Origin: Podarcis gaigeae
Taxonomy: Eukaryota
Length of the DNA stretch: 64,000 nucleotides
Strand: one strand, 5' to 3'
Assembly: GCA_964106915.2 (NCBI GenBank)
Contig: OZ066919.1
In this document: positions 25,701-40,466 of the stretch, piece after piece
How positions within the stretch are numbered: the first letter of the stretch is position 1
How the letters are laid out: each line of letters begins with the position of its first letter
Translations under genes and position numbers: made by a program
The notes under the pieces: generated by a model
Told to the model about the DNA's origin: nothing
Seen by the model: only the letters and a program-made list of their open reading frames with translations
The model's database searches: none

Positions 25701-28700
25701 CATCAGGGAATGCATACTTCCTGCTCACTGCAGAGAAGTGTTCTTACAATTATGGATTTAGGTTGATAGAATCAAAGAGCAGGAAAACTATTTTCTAAAG
25801 ACTAACTACTAATTCCTTATCAAATCATTTACTACACGCCTTTTCTCAAAGGCAAAAACTTTCAAACATACAAATATTTTGTCTCTACTTTGCCTAGGAC
25901 ACCAATATTCTGAAGTGACCCCCCCAATATACATACACTACCCCAGTACTCATCGAAGGAAGCGCAGAATATCAATGTGATAAAAACAAGCGCACATTAA
26001 ATTTGAGGGCTTGGACTAGACTCATTCTCTAGATCTCTAAGTGTACTAACACACCCTGGTTGCCTCTCCCTTAGAATATCACAGGTGTTTTAACTGTCAC
26101 TGGGGGCGAGGGGGGGAGCATTACCTTTTCTTTACATTTCTCACAGTAATATGCATTACTTCCTTCCAGAATTTCTCCTCTAACAAACTGATCCAATGAA
26201 ATTTCCAGGCTTTGACATGAAGTGACTCCTAGATTGAGAGCCATAAAGGCTTCCTCTCGTTCATACCTACACCAAATTGGATAATGAAAAAGGGTTAGAC
26301 TGCAATACTACCAACTCTATTGTTTCATGGTTTAAGAGATGTCTCTTTTTGGCAATATCTTTAACAGTCAAACCCATTGCAGATTTGAGGCTTATCATCT
26401 CCTTTGATGGTTTACAGAGCAATCTTAAGTGTAGAAAAATCTTAATTTACACTGGCTTAAGTTAAGCCTATTTCCAGCTCTATGAAGGAAGAATATGATT
26501 CACACCACCCATTTTGCTGGCTAAGTTCTGCCAGGTTGTGAGGCCACATGCAAGGGTTTGGAAAAGGTCTAAGTCTCTCCTTGCCCTGTTCCACCTCTGC
26601 CAGGCCCTCAGAATGCCTCCCTTTTTTGAGACTTCTGTCGGCAACCCTCTGGCTCAGACAGGGTGAAAGACTTCTGCCAGCATATCCCCAGCTGAGGAAG
26701 CCCAAAATCTGCCAGAACCAAACCCATTCATCCCAGAGGATCTTGAGTTTGGATTGTACTGTAAGACGGCAGGCTATAGACTCATGGCTCCATCCCATTC
26801 TCCCTGCAATTTCAATCCTGGTGAGGGTTTGCTGCTTAAAAACTAACCATGGTTACTATTTGTGAAGAATTAAGAAGTAGTATAATTACAGATGCAATAC
26901 TAACCATATTGACAAGAAAATGGGAGTGGGGGTGTCAAACAGGATAGGGGAGGCGGGTGCCACAGAAACAGATCTATGGCAGCCTTCCTTCACCTGGCAG
27001 CCTCCAGAGGTTTTGGATTCCAAATCCCATCAGGCCCACTCAACATGGCCAATGATCAGGGATGATGTGAGTTGTAGCCCAAAACACCTGGAAGGCACTA
27101 GGTTGGGAAAGGGGTAGGAAAGAGACTTCCCAGTCAGACACCATCTGCTGGGAACATGTTTTCCATATTTGCAACCAAGCTGATGTGTTTTATTTCTACT
27201 TTTAGAAATGAAGAATTGGCAACGGCTCGTATAAACCCTAGCCTATGAGAATTATAAAGGCTTGAGAAATTAATTTAGAAATCTAATGTAATGTTTTGAC
27301 TGAGAAGTGATCGGGCTCCTCTCCCACATAATCCAGGGGAGGATAGAAATGGTTGAGCCTTGAAAGAGCTCTGTGCTGCTGTAGAACAGGCAGGGTTTGG
27401 ACTGGGTAGGCCATATCCCACGGAATGTTGAAATCTGCCGAATGACTGACATGGCCCTGCCTGTGGAAAGGAGAATTCCATGCCTGAATCATGCTAATAT
27501 GCTAGAGAAAAAGTTGAGGGGGGAAATTGGCAGTGTACTTATCAAGAGATTTTTCTCCTTTAAAATGAAGTCACTGAATGGCACTAAACAAAGATGAAAA
27601 TCAAGTACTTCCAGTAGTTCCAGTAGTTAACATTAAGAGTTCTTTTTTTCCAAGTAGGCTACCCGTAACTAGGAATAACCTAGTTAAAATTCACCCACCT
27701 ATGAGGACAGTCCTTGCAGATTTTCTGATCGGAGTAGATTCCCTGGAAAGTGTTCTTAAATATTTGGTCTCGTCCTATTTTCTGTAAGAGATAAAAAAAT
27801 GCTAATAGCAACGGGCTTATACATGAAGCGGCTGTTAATGAAAAGAATTACTGTGCAATTATAACACCATAACAAACATAAAAATAACCTTGAGGTATTC
27901 ATCCATCTGATCTATAAGACTTGTGAAGAACTCATAAGCATCTTGTTGTTCACGCACATAGAGCTCCTTGTTCCACATCTTGAAGATCTAAAATATAAAA
28001 TGTATTCCATAGAGTCACTGCTTTAAGATACTGAGACTCTTAAGGAAAACAGCAGATGCATCTTAGTTCCCTGGAAAAAGCTTGCCTCCTAGTGGAAGGA
28101 GAGGAGAACATGCCAGTGATCTGCACCACGGGATTGTGACCAATAGGGAGAACTATATATTACAGTTGCACCTTGGAAGTTGAACGGAATCAGTTCTGGA
28201 AGTCCATTCGACTTCCAAAACATTCGGAAACCAAAGCACGACTTCTGATTGGCTGCAGGAAGGTCCTGCAGCCAATCAGAAGCTGTGGAAGCCCTATCGG
28301 ACGTTCAGCTTCCAAAAATAGTTTGCAAACTGGAACCGTCGCTTCCAGGTTTGCGGCATTCGGGAGTCAAAACATTTGAGAACTAAGCTGTTCGAAAACC
28401 AAGGTATGACTGTACATTCAAACAGGTAAGAGCCCTTTTAGTATTGCTGCATTTCAGTATGTTTAGACCTAAATCTACATGTTAAAATTGGGGGTGGGGA
28501 GAATTACCTTCCAGAAATTTTCAGGTATGTAATACTGCAGCTTGCTCTCCATTAAGTGACCAAAGAGTGACTGAACTTGATAGAACACATTGTCATCGGG
28601 ATTGTCCATGTCATCGTCAATCGAAAGCAATGCCTTTGGAAACAATTGACAAGGAAAGTTATTGAAAATGCATCACACTGAGGAACAGTTCAGTTTCGCC

Positions 28701-31700
28701 AGGAGTTGGTAAGAGGTACTTAATATTAATATTCAACACACTCAAAGCTTCCTTATTAGCTATTCCCACCTTCAACAAGCATACTGGTTGGGAAGATGGA
28801 AGGGACGAAGAGTAGGGCCACATGGCTGGCCTCACTGAGGCTTCTCACCAAACTGCACTACCTCAAAGGACTGGAATTCATTCTGTCCCCTTATAGGAAC
28901 TGGATGGAGGAGAGATCACAAGGCTCCCGTATCTGTCCTCCAAGCAAAGGAGAGCAAGAGCCTGGGCTTCAAATGCCCATGTGTTCCAACTATGGCCCAG
29001 GTGGGCCCAGAGGTATTCTTCAAAGGAAGGGGAAAGAGGGCGAGCAAGCTCCAGCCCTGTGTTTAGCCTCCAAACCTTTTCAGAGAAGAAAAGGAATCCT
29101 GCTGCTGTCTGGGAGGCTCGGGGATGATGGACCAATTGTGTGTGGGCTTCTCCTGTTGTTCTGTTTTTGGTGCTTGTGTTTGTGTGCAATTTGCTTTTGT
29201 TGTTTGGGGCTGGGTGTTCTCCTTGCTTTTAATTATTTCCAAAGTTATGCTTTTGTCACTGTTGGGGTATGCATGTTTTGCCTGGTTTTTACTGTGTTTA
29301 TTTTGTGATGTATGTGTTTTTCTGGGGATGCTGCATGTTTGCTTTGTCTGTATTTTGTCATCTACACAAGTGTTTTGCCTGTGTGAGCGTCAACAGTTTT
29401 TATTCTGTGACATGCGCATTTTATGGTGTCCCAGAAAGTTTTGGATTTCTAAATGTGCCTGAGCCAAAACCCTACCACCAAGGTTAGAGATCCCCTCATT
29501 TACTACATATAAATCTCAGCCTTGTAATTTCTGAACTAGGTAGTTTTTGATTTACCTCAGAGTTGTGGCCCATTTTCATGATTCAGTACTCCTTCCTTCC
29601 CAGAGTCCATACTATATGTGTGAAGTTAACAGGTATCCCAAAAGAATTTGCTTTAAGAACAGTAAATAAAGATTACCTCGGGAAGTCCTGGCTGCATATA
29701 GAGCTGTTGGAAGACTGCATTCATGTAGCATGTTGCACCTCCATTTTTTAACCCCACAAATCCTGAAATGGATCGACCGTCTACAGGGGGGAGATACTGG
29801 AAGAAAGGGAGGCAGAGAGCAGAAATTTGTAGCAAAGAAGATTTAAAGCATTAATGGATATAATTTTTAAAAAAACTGAATATCCAAGAGACTTTCCAAA
29901 AGTATTCATTATGGTCCCTTCCAATGCTACAATTCTATGACTGTCATTATTTAATCCATTCTGAAGATCTGACATTTAGCTTCATATATACATAGCAGGA
30001 ATGAAAAAATTTACTTCCATTGAAGTAACCCACTTACATCAAATTCCTTGGAAAGAGCTGGATCAAGCTGGTGATGCATAGAGAGCAGCTCTTTTGTAAT
30101 AAGCTGTAGATTTGAGGGCGAGCTATCTGCCAGCATCACCAGCACTTCATATGCTGCTAATCGGCTATTCACTGTACTGCACCTAGAAGGGAGCAAAAAG
30201 AATCTGTTCGTGCTGCATATTCAGTTTTCATACTAGCAAGATATATCAAATGACCTACTTCCAATAGTTGCCACAGGGAATCCAAGTAAAGTTTAATGCC
30301 CATCTGTGCAGTCCAATTTTAAAACCATTCAGGGCATTTTTATTTCCTGGACCAGTGGATGTTATTTATTTTGCAGAGGAAGGCAAGGAATAAAAAAAGT
30401 CTGTGTGCTTATCATTCCCCCCTAAAGAAAAGCTGGTTCCGGGATGTAAATAAAATGACACTTAAGCAGAAAAGTACTTAGATTTCTGCATAAAATCCCA
30501 AGCTCAGTGGCTAAGTTAAGTTACACCCATAAGAGAAATTTACGAAAACAGTTAACCCGATTTCTTTGTTTCTGGGTATGGCATTCAACATTTTGAGGGA
30601 GTTATGGACTGTGATAATGCACGGGTTAGTTACACCGGCCCTATGGTCCAATAAATTGTTCAGATGCCTTTGTGCTTCTGAAAGAGGGATTGAGCTTTGC
30701 TTTTTAAAACAACTGAGCCCTTTGGATTTTGTAACGGACCAACTCTAGCCATTCAAATTATGCACAGTAAAAATAAATAGTTCTGGAAGAGCATTTACAA
30801 TATTGCTTAATAATCTTCAAGAATTTGAAATGTGATTCTCCACAGATATGGAACATCATGTTCTAAAAATGTAATAAAGGACATGAGAGCAATATAGATG
30901 ATTTATAATTGAGTAGTATTTCAATATGTTTCTTAATAGCCTCTCTCAGGAACCACATTTATTCTCAGTTATTTAATTTCTCGGCACACTCAAGCACTGC
31001 TTATGAAGTTTACTTTAATGTCTTTTTTTAAAAAAGGAAATTGTTCCATTCTGCACAAAGCTGATTGACTATTCAAGAATGGTAGATCCAAGCCCTCTGT
31101 GCTTCTTTGTTTAATACAACAAAAGTCCTCATGCACTCTTTACTTTGGATGAAAGTCTTGCTGGGTGGCAGCCACACTGCCAGCTGGAGAATGGCTGTTC
31201 AGAATAATCCTAGATGCTCGGAAGAGGAAGTCATCTAATAATGGTTTGATCAAAGACGAACCTATAAAGGGAATAACACTATGTTCAATGTTGACCGTTA
31301 CAGGATTTATAATAAATGATCATGCAAGAAAAGGGTGTCCAGTGAGGGATAATGCTTTTCCTATCATCTCCACTTAAACAGGTCATAGGAAGCAGAGCTG
31401 AGAAAGGTCTTACTGGATAACTGCTGCCAGTGTCAGAACACATAGCTTCACCTTGGCGGAACACAAGCCGGACTATAGCAGCTATCACTGTATTTAAAGA
31501 GCACCACCACCAGAGTTTCCCCTCCCCTTTACTAAAACAACTAAGCAATGCTTATCAAATGGCATCACATGCTGTTCCTGTTTTATTGTAAGCTACACAT
31601 ATAGCTATCCTCACCCAAGAAAACTGTTATTTTTGTTCTAATTGTCTAGTTTATGACCAAAGCACTACGAATCAAATGTGGAAAACAGCAAATAATTTTC

Positions 31701-34700
31701 ATTTAAGACCACTGCTATTTGAAGTATTTTCTAAGCAGGCAGGAAAGTGAGACAACCTCTGCTCACTCAGGTCTTATCCTAAGAGATAGTTGTTCATTTG
31801 CTGCCAAATTTGCCGCATTTGCTTATTTGCCTGAAAGCTTAAGCCTTGCTCCACAAAGGAAGTGAAGAACCATTCTCTTTCCACTGTGAAAATTAGAACT
31901 CTTGTTGCCCATGGCAACCAGATGCAAGCAGCCTGACCTGACAAATTAGGAATTCTGGTGACCTGAAGCCTCAGCGATCTCAGCAGAGAGGAAGAAATCG
32001 CTAGGTTTAACATTGTAATGACACAACTAAGCACTGAAAGCCAAGTTACCTAGCATTTCCTTCTCTGTTCCGCAAAGTGACAGGAGGGTCTTAATGAGCC
32101 TCAAATGTCCCGCCAACAACACATTGTCAGCTTCACTGGTTTCACATTCAGCTGCACGGGTAGGTTCAAAGTTATCCAACCACGTGATCTCATCCTCCAA
32201 CATAGCAGCTGGGCTAATCTTTAGTTGTTCCATTTCTGAAGCTAGGGAAGAAAAACCACATGGGTTAAGCCTACAGAACAGACGGACAAACTTAGGTTAA
32301 CATTTTGTTTCATATAAAAGATATTATTTAGCTTAAAATGAACACAGAATTACTTTTTGGAAATCAAATGTCAAGACACAGGTAAATGTTCCTTTTTTAA
32401 AAAAATAGTTATTATGAAGGCGAATAGCATTTTTTTTTGCTCTTCTGCCTTTCTACCACTTGCTCATACTCCTACATACATCCCCTAGTGGCAAAGAACA
32501 CGAGAGCATTATCCTGCCCACTTTTCCTAGTTCTATAAAACAATGTGAAAAAAGCCAAAGTAGCTCTTGTATGTTATTTCCATCCACAAGAAAGTGGAAC
32601 ACTATGGTAGTTGTAGTGTGTAGTTTCTTATGGTCTTGAAAAGGTAGGAAATGGTAATAATAATACTTTTATTATTTATACCCTGCCCATCTGGCTGGGG
32701 TAGCACTGCTATCCACCTGTGTGCTCAGAGTCAACTACTAATCACTTGAGACAATTAGACTGCACACTAAAACTAAAGAGAAGACCCAAGCAAACAGTTC
32801 ATGAGAGAGGCAGATGATCTCTCACTTGACCTCTGAAACAGTGTTTTTAGCCCATGCAAACACAGTCCTGCACAGAACTACAAGGACACAAATAATGGAG
32901 GAAGGATAAGAACCCAAGAGAAACACATTTCTCTCTCTCCATAAGCGCAATCAATATTAATACTTGACTCAACTTCGATGGCACTGTTTACCATGTGGAT
33001 ACGGGACATTTTCTTATGGTACATTAAGTTTCAAGCAGTTTTGATTCCTATTACTTACATGTGAGATCGTCCAATAACTGGCATCTAAGGTCAAAGTACT
33101 CTGTACACTGGGACAAAAGCCTAAAAGCAAATTCAGGCAATTAATACGGGGGGGGGGGATTTCAGAAGCATGTAAAATATTTACAGAAACCTTTACTTTT
33201 CTGGGTACTATGTACACATGCAAGATGTTTATTCAGACCTAGCCAACATGTTGACTTACATTCTATGCTATAAAACCAAGGTTTGCTTTTATTTTAAGTT
33301 CACAGTAGTGAATTGTTTGTAATGATGATCATCATTCATCCCAGAATAATATGTTGAAATGCTATCAGCTTAAAATCCCCTCCTCTGAAAGCAGATCTAG
33401 GATTTGGTGTTCATATTTAATGTTTAACTTTTAAAGCAAACATTGCTGCACATTCAACATGATGGATGCTTATGTTCTTATTGGAAATCTAATGGTAACA
33501 GGAAGAAGACTGAAATTTTGTTATTGGCATGCATGTAATTTTTAAACAGCACAAAAAAACCCCACAGCACTATTGGCTTTTTGTGCATTTACTATGATCA
33601 ACAAATCTAAAAGTAAGTTAGCATAGTATGCTGGCTGATGCTTCTGCCTCCAGAAGTTTATCCTTTCTTTGTACTGGGTAGATTGTGGTTCAGTGTTGCA
33701 TTATGATTCAGTAAATTCCTGGCTATCCAATTCCTATTCAAGCAACCACAGGGGAAATCATAACTTCTCAGTTCACTTCTAGCACTCTTTCCCCCCCGTT
33801 TCACAAGTTTTTACTGCACTTGTCTTAAATAAGCATTTAAGACAAATGCTTATTTTTAATTCTTACATTCTCTATTGAACAAACATGCCTCCAACTTGCC
33901 TCTGGTTGACGCCTCTCATGATGCTGGTAGGTGACCACAGTGGCAGCTGAGCAGTAAGGACGACACTCAAAAGAAATTGGTTTGGTTTTTGTATATCAGG
34001 GTGAGCTGATGTGTCTGTCTGACTGAGGGTATACAATTGGTCACAGGCCACACGACGAATCTGGAACAGGGCAGAAGCACACGTCAGATCACAAAACCTA
34101 ATACCACTGTCTTAGAAAACTCTTAAAACACCCAAGTTACTATCGTAATTTGTCCAAGCTAGCTGAGACAGGCAAGCATGTAAGGAACAGAAGTGACCAT
34201 GCAGGTTCTTTCTCAAGTGGGCACTAGGACAGCACCAATTGGTTGTCATCCTCCAATTGCTCACTTGAGGCAGGAAAAAATGTCATCAATCCACTGCTGC
34301 TTTTGAGGCAAATCTTAGTTTCAGTTTTAAACTGGCACATCTGTATAGAGTATGATAAAAATGCTTAATTCCCATATGTCCAGTCCTCTAAAGAACACAG
34401 CTTTCTCATCCTAGGAACTTGCTTGCTTGAAAGTCAGTGGCACAGCCTAAGTAACTTCATCTGTAGCAAATGTTTTTCAGCTGCCACTGGCACGAGCACT
34501 TTGTCCATGCTACAGGGCAGAACATGCCCTGCTCTCTGCAAGAGAGCTGCTCTGAATATAAATGCAAGCACCTTACCTCTGCACTTGGCGAGCCAAGTAG
34601 TATGTCTATGATAAAGTCAGCAACACAAGGGAGGTTGTAAAAAGATCCTAAGAAAAACACAATGTGGATTGTCACAATTTCTTTCGTGAGAAAGCACTAT

Positions 34701-37700
34701 AGTACTTAATACTCCTAGTATTAAAATATCATTGGGAAAATCTAATAGAATCATTAGCGTTATATGGCGTTACAGTAAAATGTGGGTGCCAGATATAAGA
34801 GAAAGTGAAAACAGAGTTGGATGGTAACAAATTGGGACTGGGTCTTTGTGGCTCAATTGTATGTAGGGTCAGGAAACAACAGAAAAGCTTCATCCACTTC
34901 TCTCAAACCTACCTAGCTGCTGACTGCGGAGCTGTAGGCATGTAACTAAGAGAGACAAGGCCTCTCCTGCAATCAGTGCATCTTTGGTGGATACAGAATG
35001 CTGCCTCACACAGATCCCAGCATGCAGAGCTGTTGGTTCTCCTTCACTCCCTGAACTGCAATTGCTTCCTGCAATATGTTAACAAGTGACAAAAGATTAA
35101 AAGAAGTGTAGATCTCTCAAGTTAGGAATGAACAGCTACAGTTGTGATAAAGTCTTATGAGCAACACAGAGCTGAGGTCATTGCCAAATCTCAGCTGTTT
35201 CAATTCTGTTAAGTCAGTGGCGTACCTGAGCTGCTAAGACGGTTACGAATGCCAACAGGGAACAGCGTGTTGCTTTCTTTGATCGGCTGACTGCTTCCCA
35301 CCAGGTCAAGCCGCCCTGCAGCAGCCGCCCATGAGAGTCGCATAAAACAAGCAACTGTGGAAGTGAAGTCATTTGCTTCCATTGTCTGGGGGAGGAAAAA
35401 AAAAGAATTCTTGTTCAAGATACCAATGTGTTAGGCCAGAAAAGCACTTACAGGTGACACCAAATCCAAGGAACATCGTTGGAAACAGGAGAAAAACTCT
35501 GGTTTTCTGGCAGAGTGGCATTTTTTTTTAAAAAAAAGGTACTAAAATTCTGCAGAGCGGATGTTTGAGCTCTGCCTTTAGCAGGGCTACTGCTGCCACA
35601 TTAGACCTACTTACTTGGATTGCAACCCGCGCAGCAGGAATGATCTCCTCCACTCTGATAGAGGACCTGTCTGAAACAGATAGCTGGCGGTAAGAGGACT
35701 TCTCTGGGGTTCCACACATTGACATCTGCCTGTTAGTCTGCCGGCTCACATTACGGAATGGGCGTGACGATAGTGTTTCCACTCCATGTTTAACAATATC
35801 GTCATCAAGAAAGGTAGGCATGGTTTGCCCAACAAGCAAAAACCTAAACGTAAAAAGAATTGTGCTGTTTTGAACAGTGAAGGCTCTATGTACCTTAGGA
35901 AGATCAAACACTGAGCAGATTAGGGTCATGCATATCTACCTTTGAAAAATCAATCACATACCTTGCCAGCTGCAGACAGATTGAATAAACTCCCTGTCTT
36001 GTTTCATAATCCACTTCTGATGGGATGGAGTCTCTCTGCATAACATTCACCACCAAACTGGAAAATAAATTTAGAGATTTTTAATTAAGACAAGAAACAT
36101 ATAACACATGTAGAAGTCTGTTGGTTGAAAATATTTCCCTGTATTGATGAGGATTAATATAATGTGTTAGCGGGAAGATAAACGGCGTTCTGTGTCCTGC
36201 GCTGGCTCGCCAGATGCAGCTTGTCACGCTGGCCACGTGACCCGGAAGTGTCTCCGGACAGCGCTGGCCCCTGGCCTCTTGAGTGAGATGAGCGCACAAC
36301 CCTAGAGTCTGGCAAGACTGGCCCGCACGGGCAGGGGTACCTTTACCTTTACTAATATAATGTGCTAATCATTTAAAACAGAGCAGCCTCACCAACACCA
36401 TCACTAAATCAGGGGGCCAGTTGACAGGCTCCACCAAATTCTGACATCAGCAGGTGAGACGGGGGAAAGCAAGGGCTCTGGTGTACATCAACATCTTTCT
36501 GCACTCCACAATGTTCTGGACACCGATCCAGTGACCGTGCCATCACAATAATGGCAGCACCTGTCACTTCCTTCCTTTCTGTGGTCCAAAAGCATACTCT
36601 TCTGTTGGCGTGTTATGGCTCAGTTGGTTAGAGCATGGTGCTGATAATGCCAAGGTTGCAGGTTTGATCCCTGTATGGAACAGCTGCATTGCAGGGGTCT
36701 GGACTAGATGATCCTCAGGGTCCCTTCCAACTCTACCATTCTATGATTCTAAGCACACAACCACTGGAGACTAGAAATATAAGCAACTCTCATTTGCCGG
36801 TCAAGTACTGAAGTGCAAATATGCTAAGAGATGACATGTAATACCTACAACCTCCAGCTTATTTTTTTAAATTCTAATCAACTATTTAAATTTATTATGA
36901 CTTTATCAGTAGGGCATAGTCAATGCCATCTCAGTGCCTCAAACTGTCTACTCCCATTCAAAGTTAAGTGCAGATTCAATGATCAATGGCATAGTACTAT
37001 CTATTATCCAGAACTCTTTGACAAAGCATTTCCTGCAAACACCTTAACAGATTTTGGGAGGACAGCACCAACCACCGAAAGCAGTATTGAAAAAGCAAGA
37101 ATATCCAGGTTGCACTGCAGTTCTGGCACCTCTTTGTGTAGGATGTGCGAAGAAAGGCTTATGGAAGTGGAAAGGTAACAGGAAAATTGCTGCAATTTAT
37201 TCAACATCATACACACAAAGAAGGCAAACTAGCTAGTGTAATTTATGCTGTCCCCACAGTATTTGGAATAGCTGCTTGAATACTACTATTGAGAGCACCA
37301 TTTACAGAATTTATACTGGTATTAAATGTATACCGAGTTGAGAATACTTAAAGGCTAGTTCTCGCACAGCTGGAAGGTTCCACTTCAGAATATTTCTTTC
37401 AACTAACCTCAAGCCACCTGCTCTGAGAAAATTTTCGCAGAAAGATTTGGCACAATTTCTTGCCATTTCATCATCCGCTGTAGGCATTAGCTTGGAACTC
37501 AGGACCTGAAAAATATTCAGACTTTAGGTAAGTGGCAGAGTTTCAATGGAGCAACACACTAAGCCCCTCTCTCACCCACAGGCAAAGTATGCTCAGCTGA
37601 GCAAGAGCTCATATTACACTCTAACACTGCTACTCAGAATTAACTCACCATCCTACGGCACTTGGTCATCTGAATTCAATGAGACCTTTCAATAATGTTA

Positions 37701-40405
37701 ATTAATTCTTTTATCAACACCTGTCATATAATTAAGAACATTAACACAGTCAGAGGTCCTTGAATACTAACAAAGCTTTCACGAAGTGTGTTTCAAGGCC
37801 CATGACAATCCCTGTCATTTCAAGAGAGAAGTTACGGTATATTTACATAGTATGTAAAAAGAATGGAAGATAAGGAACTACAAGGTGGTGAGGGGGTGCC
37901 ATGCGACCTGGTAAACAGATGTTTAGGTGGCTGCAAGAGAGCGGGATCACTACTATGGAAACCATGCAAAAATAACCCAACTGGACAACTCCTTTTTGTT
38001 TGCCAGCACTGTGTGTATTCTGCATGTTGGCATGCGGCTGCAGGTGTTTTGTGGTTTTTTTTGTTAGTCTGGGCTGCTTTTTATTACCATATTTTTCGCT
38101 CTATAGGACGCACTTTTTCCCCTCCAAAAATTAAGGGGAAATGTGTGTGCGTCCTATGGAGCGAATGCAGGCTCCTTGGCTTTAGCGACAGCAACACGAA
38201 GCCTCCGAAGCGCAGACCTCTAAAACAAGGTGTGTCCTATGGTTGGGTGCGTCCTATAGAGCGAAAAATAAGGTACTTTCCTTTTCTCCTTTCGGGGGAT
38301 GGAGGGTTTTGCATGTTTCTTTTGCCAGCTTTGTTTTGTGTGTGTTGGCATCACCCCATTTTTCTTCTATGAATGGATATATTGTGGCTCCTTTGTATTT
38401 TTTTAGTTTTCCAGATGTGCCTCAGGACTCAAAATATTTGAGGACCCAAGCACTAAACTATAGTTTGGCATTAAATGGATGAGCCTCAACAAACCATTGG
38501 GTTCACAGACTGCCTTTTCTCTCTCCTCCTCCAAGTTTGTTGATACTTGCCTAAGTCACATTTTAGTATTATGGTGTAAACCAGGTCGCTGACTGGCGGC
38601 TAAGTTTCATACAGAAAACTTTCCCAACTCTACCTGGAGATGCCAGGAACTGAACACGGGGTATTCTACATGCAAAACAAAAGAATTGATATTTGACCCT
38701 ACCCCACACTTCCATGCCAATATACTCTTACCTCAAGATTGTAAAGTACTCTAAAAGTAGACATTCCTGGGGCAAAAGACCTGAAAAGACTTTCAAGTAT
38801 TGAAGTAGCACTAGGCTGGTGTTGATGCTTTGTAGACAAAGAAGGCGACTTTGAAGACTGGGAGTTTGACTCAGAGAGTAATGTTTTCTGAGAAAAGAAT
38901 AAACACAGAGAAATACAAATAAGAAGGCAGTTCTGATATACAGTAACATGGTTATATAGCCATGACAGCTAGTCTTTGGAGTCCTGAACTTCCTAAAAGT
39001 AATAAAATCTCTTGCAAGCACCTTTTGCTATATTCTATACCAGGGACAGAGGACTCATGGCCCTCTAAGTATCGTTGGATTACAAGTCCATCCCTGACTA
39101 CTGGTGCAGCCGACTCAGGCTGGTGGAAATTTGACGTCTGGAGTGCCACAGATTCCCCATCCCTGTTCAATAACGTAAAGAACTATAAAATACAATCTGC
39201 AGATTTTTACAAAGTTTATGCCATATCCTTCTTTTTCAATGCACCCCATTGTAAATACCATTTCTCTTTAATTAGTATTTTTTGTAATTTGCATTATTAT
39301 TATTTTTTCATAGCTGGCATCCATCTGTCTTGGGAGACAATGGAGGAGTGTGCCTTTGGGGGTGAAGTAAAACTGTTGGAAGGTTGCAGCGTGAGAGATA
39401 TGGGAGAGACATGTTTTGTGAATGCCAGATTAATTTTAACGTAGTTTGCTAACTTCTATGAAACGTGTTTAGGACCCAATGACTATTTGCTACTATCCTA
39501 TATAGGTAGCTAGGCCAGCCATCCTTAAGGGTGAATGTTAAATGAGCCTGTGCCTTAGGAACTTTATGAGTAATAGATTCTGTGCCAACTTTACAGATGA
39601 AGCTAGCAAGCTAATACACGGCTGTGCTAACATGGCATTTTTCCTGCCCCAGTGGCGATAAGCACATTAGCCATGCTGTCTGAATCCCTAGAAGGAAAGT
39701 AATGTGTGTTAAGCAAAGGAATCCCCCCCCCCCCCGCCAAAGCAACACATCATCAATAATAAGAGAAATAAAATTAATTTAGCCAGTGATGGTTCAATTC
39801 TTGCTCCACAATGGCTAGCATTTCCCCAGAATTTTATAATGCCTACAATTTAATGCCCTACCTATTTCTTTCTCCATTCCTTTCAATCCCAATCTCAATC
39901 AGTAAAACTAGACTATGATTGTGTAGTTAACAGAAAAATATATACCTTTCGTCCAAGAGAATCTAGCTGATCAAGAGCTTCCTGAATAGCTGGGTCAGTA
40001 GGAATCAGCAAAAGAAGCCTCCGTACTCTCAAAGTAATCCTGAAGAATACAAGAGGCATATAATGTACTCAATTTCTGCTGGGCTGGACACTATGCCTAC
40101 TGGTGAATGCTTCCAAAATTTATTTATTTTTGCAGCCACAGTATTTCTACAGTGTCTTCAATAACACTACTTACCTTGGCTCTTCTAGGTTCGCAAGCTG
40201 GTACAGCATGTCAAACACATTACACACAAGAGCCATTACCACTCCAGGGAGGGATTTTTCCTGAGGATTAAGAACACACAATTAACTTCCCTATTTCTTA
40301 AGCAATTTGTTAGGGTTCTCAATTTTTAAAAATTGAGCGATATAAATTTAAAACCTGGCCTAGGGATGTCAGCTACTTGCCAACACAAGGCACTGAATCC
40401 TGTAT

Positions 40406-40466
<61 letters not shown>

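Noticed and set aside
28796-29487. 170-aa hydrophobic Cys/Phe/Val-rich ORF resembling a membrane protein
   Set aside because: Translation of a T/G-rich tract; several frames are open with the same bias
36607-36680. Possible tRNA-Ile gene
   Set aside because: Degenerate B box, no acceptor stem, fused to a CR1 tail: a SINE head. The same applies to the Sauria and Squam3 heads
37863-39444. 169-aa and 160-aa + strand ORFs
   Set aside because: They run through MITEs and T-rich sequence; no coding signature
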